The notes below the pieces were generated by a model. It was not told the origin of the DNA. It ran no database searches and worked only from the letters and a program-made list of their open reading frames with translations. A stretch of DNA of 64,000 bases, taken from contig NC_135257.1 in NCBI RefSeq assembly GCF_964204865.1, forward strand, positions 5,580,001-5,644,000, written 5' to 3'. Positions 62,401 through 64,000 of the stretch are shown here, in pieces (within the stretch, counting starts at the first letter, position 1; each line of letters begins with the position of its first letter). Source of the DNA: Styela clava. Its lineage: Eukaryota. Made by a program: the position numbers and the translations under genes.

Positions 62401-63760
62401 TTAAAAAAATTACCGCAACTTCTGGGGTTTGCCTACGTTGCATATCATCATCATCATTGTGTCCAACATCATCGAGTTGTGGATTAATCATATATTGAGA
62501 CAACATTTCATTATCGTCCACTTCATCATTATGATGTAAGAAACCCAACATTGATCCATCCAGATTTTTATTACTAGTCGCAGCAGATGATCGACTGATA
62601 GGATTTCTTTTTACAGTAGATCTGTAATATGTTGTAGTATAATACAAAGACAAAATTATGGAATTGGATAACAGACAATAAAATTAATAAAGCACAAAGG
62701 TTCGCATATGCTGAATTTTCGTTCAAATGTATGGTATTTGGAGTTCGGAGCTTGAGATAAAGTAAAAGTTTTTCTCAGTTTTCACTCTATAAGCAGACTA
62801 TAACACTTTCACTAAACTTTTGTATCTATCCTAGACACCAATAAATAACACACTGAATCCTAAGTATACTTCAATAAGTTAGTTAGTAAAACTTTTTTGT
62901 GAAAGCCATACCATAAAAAACGGGTATTCAAATTTAAGAACGAAAAAAGCCACCCACTTATTATCATGTACTGTTGTTGCACTAGCTTCCGTTGTTGTAT
63001 CCATTTTAGTTTCATCATTTTCCATATCATGATGATCAGCAGGTATTGGAATGATTGATGATTCCCAGTGGTTTTTCTCTAGAACAAGTTCTCCTTTCTT
63101 CAATGATTCCAACACCCAAGATTGGTTTACAACACGAAGATCTGGATTCTGTAAAATTAAAAACAACTCAATGAATTGAATATAATTATATTATGGCACC
63201 ACATGCTACCCATCAATAAGACATGCAATATTTTGAGATGATTCACTGTTTTTGATAACTATGTTTCATGACGTTTTTCACATGGTTATTAGAGTTAAAT
63301 TTTTCATATTCATTATACCAGAAAGAGGCAAGTCAATAAGGTGTCAATATGGTGGGCCACAGCCTGTCACATCTGTCCGTTTACCTGCCCTCATTGAAAA
63401 TTTAAAAACCTGGACAAGGCCTGTGTTGAAAGCTATACTTACAACTATAAGTTATGGGCGACTTATGTATGATGACCAATTTTTCATCAAATTAAACAAA
63501 ATAATCAAATTTCACTACTAAATTACTGCAATCTAATTGGATTATTAATTATTTAATTGGAATTGTGATTAATTGAAATCAACTTTCTGTAATACCATAC
63601 TATTATACAGCTGTTATTGCTTAAATTATTTATTATGCTTTGTATTCAAACATTTTGTACCTGTGCACAAGCTGTCACAATATCGGTTTTCAAGCTTTGA
63701 GAAACTTTTGATAAATTTCCTACAATTACACATGATACACTGGATGTCAACTGGTTATAT
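44470..63760 (-). CDS. TOPBP1: DNA topoisomerase II-binding protein 1 (BRCT3-BRCT8 and ATR-activation domain), 5' end outside window
   Basis: More than 20 spliced exons with BRCT motifs: YNQLTSSVSCVIVG (63760-63661); ADYAVVPLTG..VVTNFWI; THLIINEPGGDKYDGCKSWGIVTVT; FIVSPYWINAC...DESLFPHVYDP; THLLVTKPGRSEKFLSALASGK; GSFGGWK|VILHV. AAD motif SQDVQ|VSWDDPTGREE. The terminal exon GDYLLKNPPP...KRRKID* ends at 44470. Confidence 0.92.
47760..47968. repeat. Tandem duplication, period ~122 bp
   Basis: TTAGAA.CAGATCATGTTT.TTTGGTAGAAT...TCACAGAATTAA..ATTCTTAAC.ATAAAG occurs twice. The adjacent 47692-47752 recurs at ~49444-49505. Confidence 0.8.
52305..54005. mobile_element. Non-autonomous hAT transposon, 1701 bp, perfect 8-bp TSD
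   Basis: ATTGGATC at 52297-52304 and 54006-54013. TIR CAGTGGCGCAGCCAGG vs CAGGCGCGCAGCCAGG (14/16). Internal ~165-bp direct repeat (52390-52554, 52565-52725). No transposase ORF. Confidence 0.92.
56976..57370. mobile_element. hAT-type MITE
   Basis: TIR (T/A)AGGGCCCG.CCGATA, TSD CTAATAGT / CTAATAAT (7/8), internal ATATCGG(C) repeats. Confidence 0.75.
60902..61205 (+). mobile_element. Non-autonomous Helentron-associated (HINE/DINE-1-like) element, copy 2
   Basis: AAACGAGAATATCGGTCAGAGACC...CACTAATTAATTAATAACTC...CTAACAGACAAACAAACAGAC...ACTTACCGATTAAAATCGATAAGT, colinear with 15812-16119. Confidence 0.65.
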
Positions 63761-64000
63761 CTGCAAAAACGAAAAAGATCATCAATCTAGAATGATGAAG
63801 CCAAATGAGGCTCATTATAATTCGTAACTCAGTTTTGTAATTTCTTTTGCTCTGTCTTGTAAAAACCACATATGCGATAAACTGATAAACAAAAATTGTG
63901 GTAATGTATGTTTCACATTTCCAATAAATGAGGTCTCTAAGTCCGGTTACCCGTATATATTAAAACAGCTAACAACGTTCCTCATGTTAGTCATACCAAA

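Overview
AT-rich, intron-rich animal genomic DNA (an invertebrate, possibly an ascidian; this is inference only). I reconstructed four host genes exon by exon: a small secreted LDL-receptor class A (LDLa) repeat protein (+, 283-13127), a cationic amino-acid transporter of the SLC7A14/SLC7A4 type (-, 14339-23971), G-protein beta-5 (GNB5; -, 31554-41134) and the 3' part of TOPBP1 (-, 44470-63760, continuing beyond the window). The most notable feature is an apparently intact 8.6-kb two-gene DNA transposon (4232-12829) in the last intron of the LDLa gene. It has 302-bp TIRs and an AT target duplication. It encodes a THAP-HTH-DDE Harbinger-type transposase converging on a three-exon SAP-SWIM-YqaJ (lambda-exonuclease fold) gene that the ORF track splits into pieces, which matches the ISL2EU/IS4EU group. 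The interior carries a ~93-bp tandem array, a long G.U-biased hairpin, a palindromic MITE and an inverted SINE pair. The rest of the window holds a tRNA-derived SINE family, hAT, Helentron-like and other MITEs, a decayed BEL/Pao fragment and local tandem duplications. All family calls are from motif recognition by eye, with no database search.
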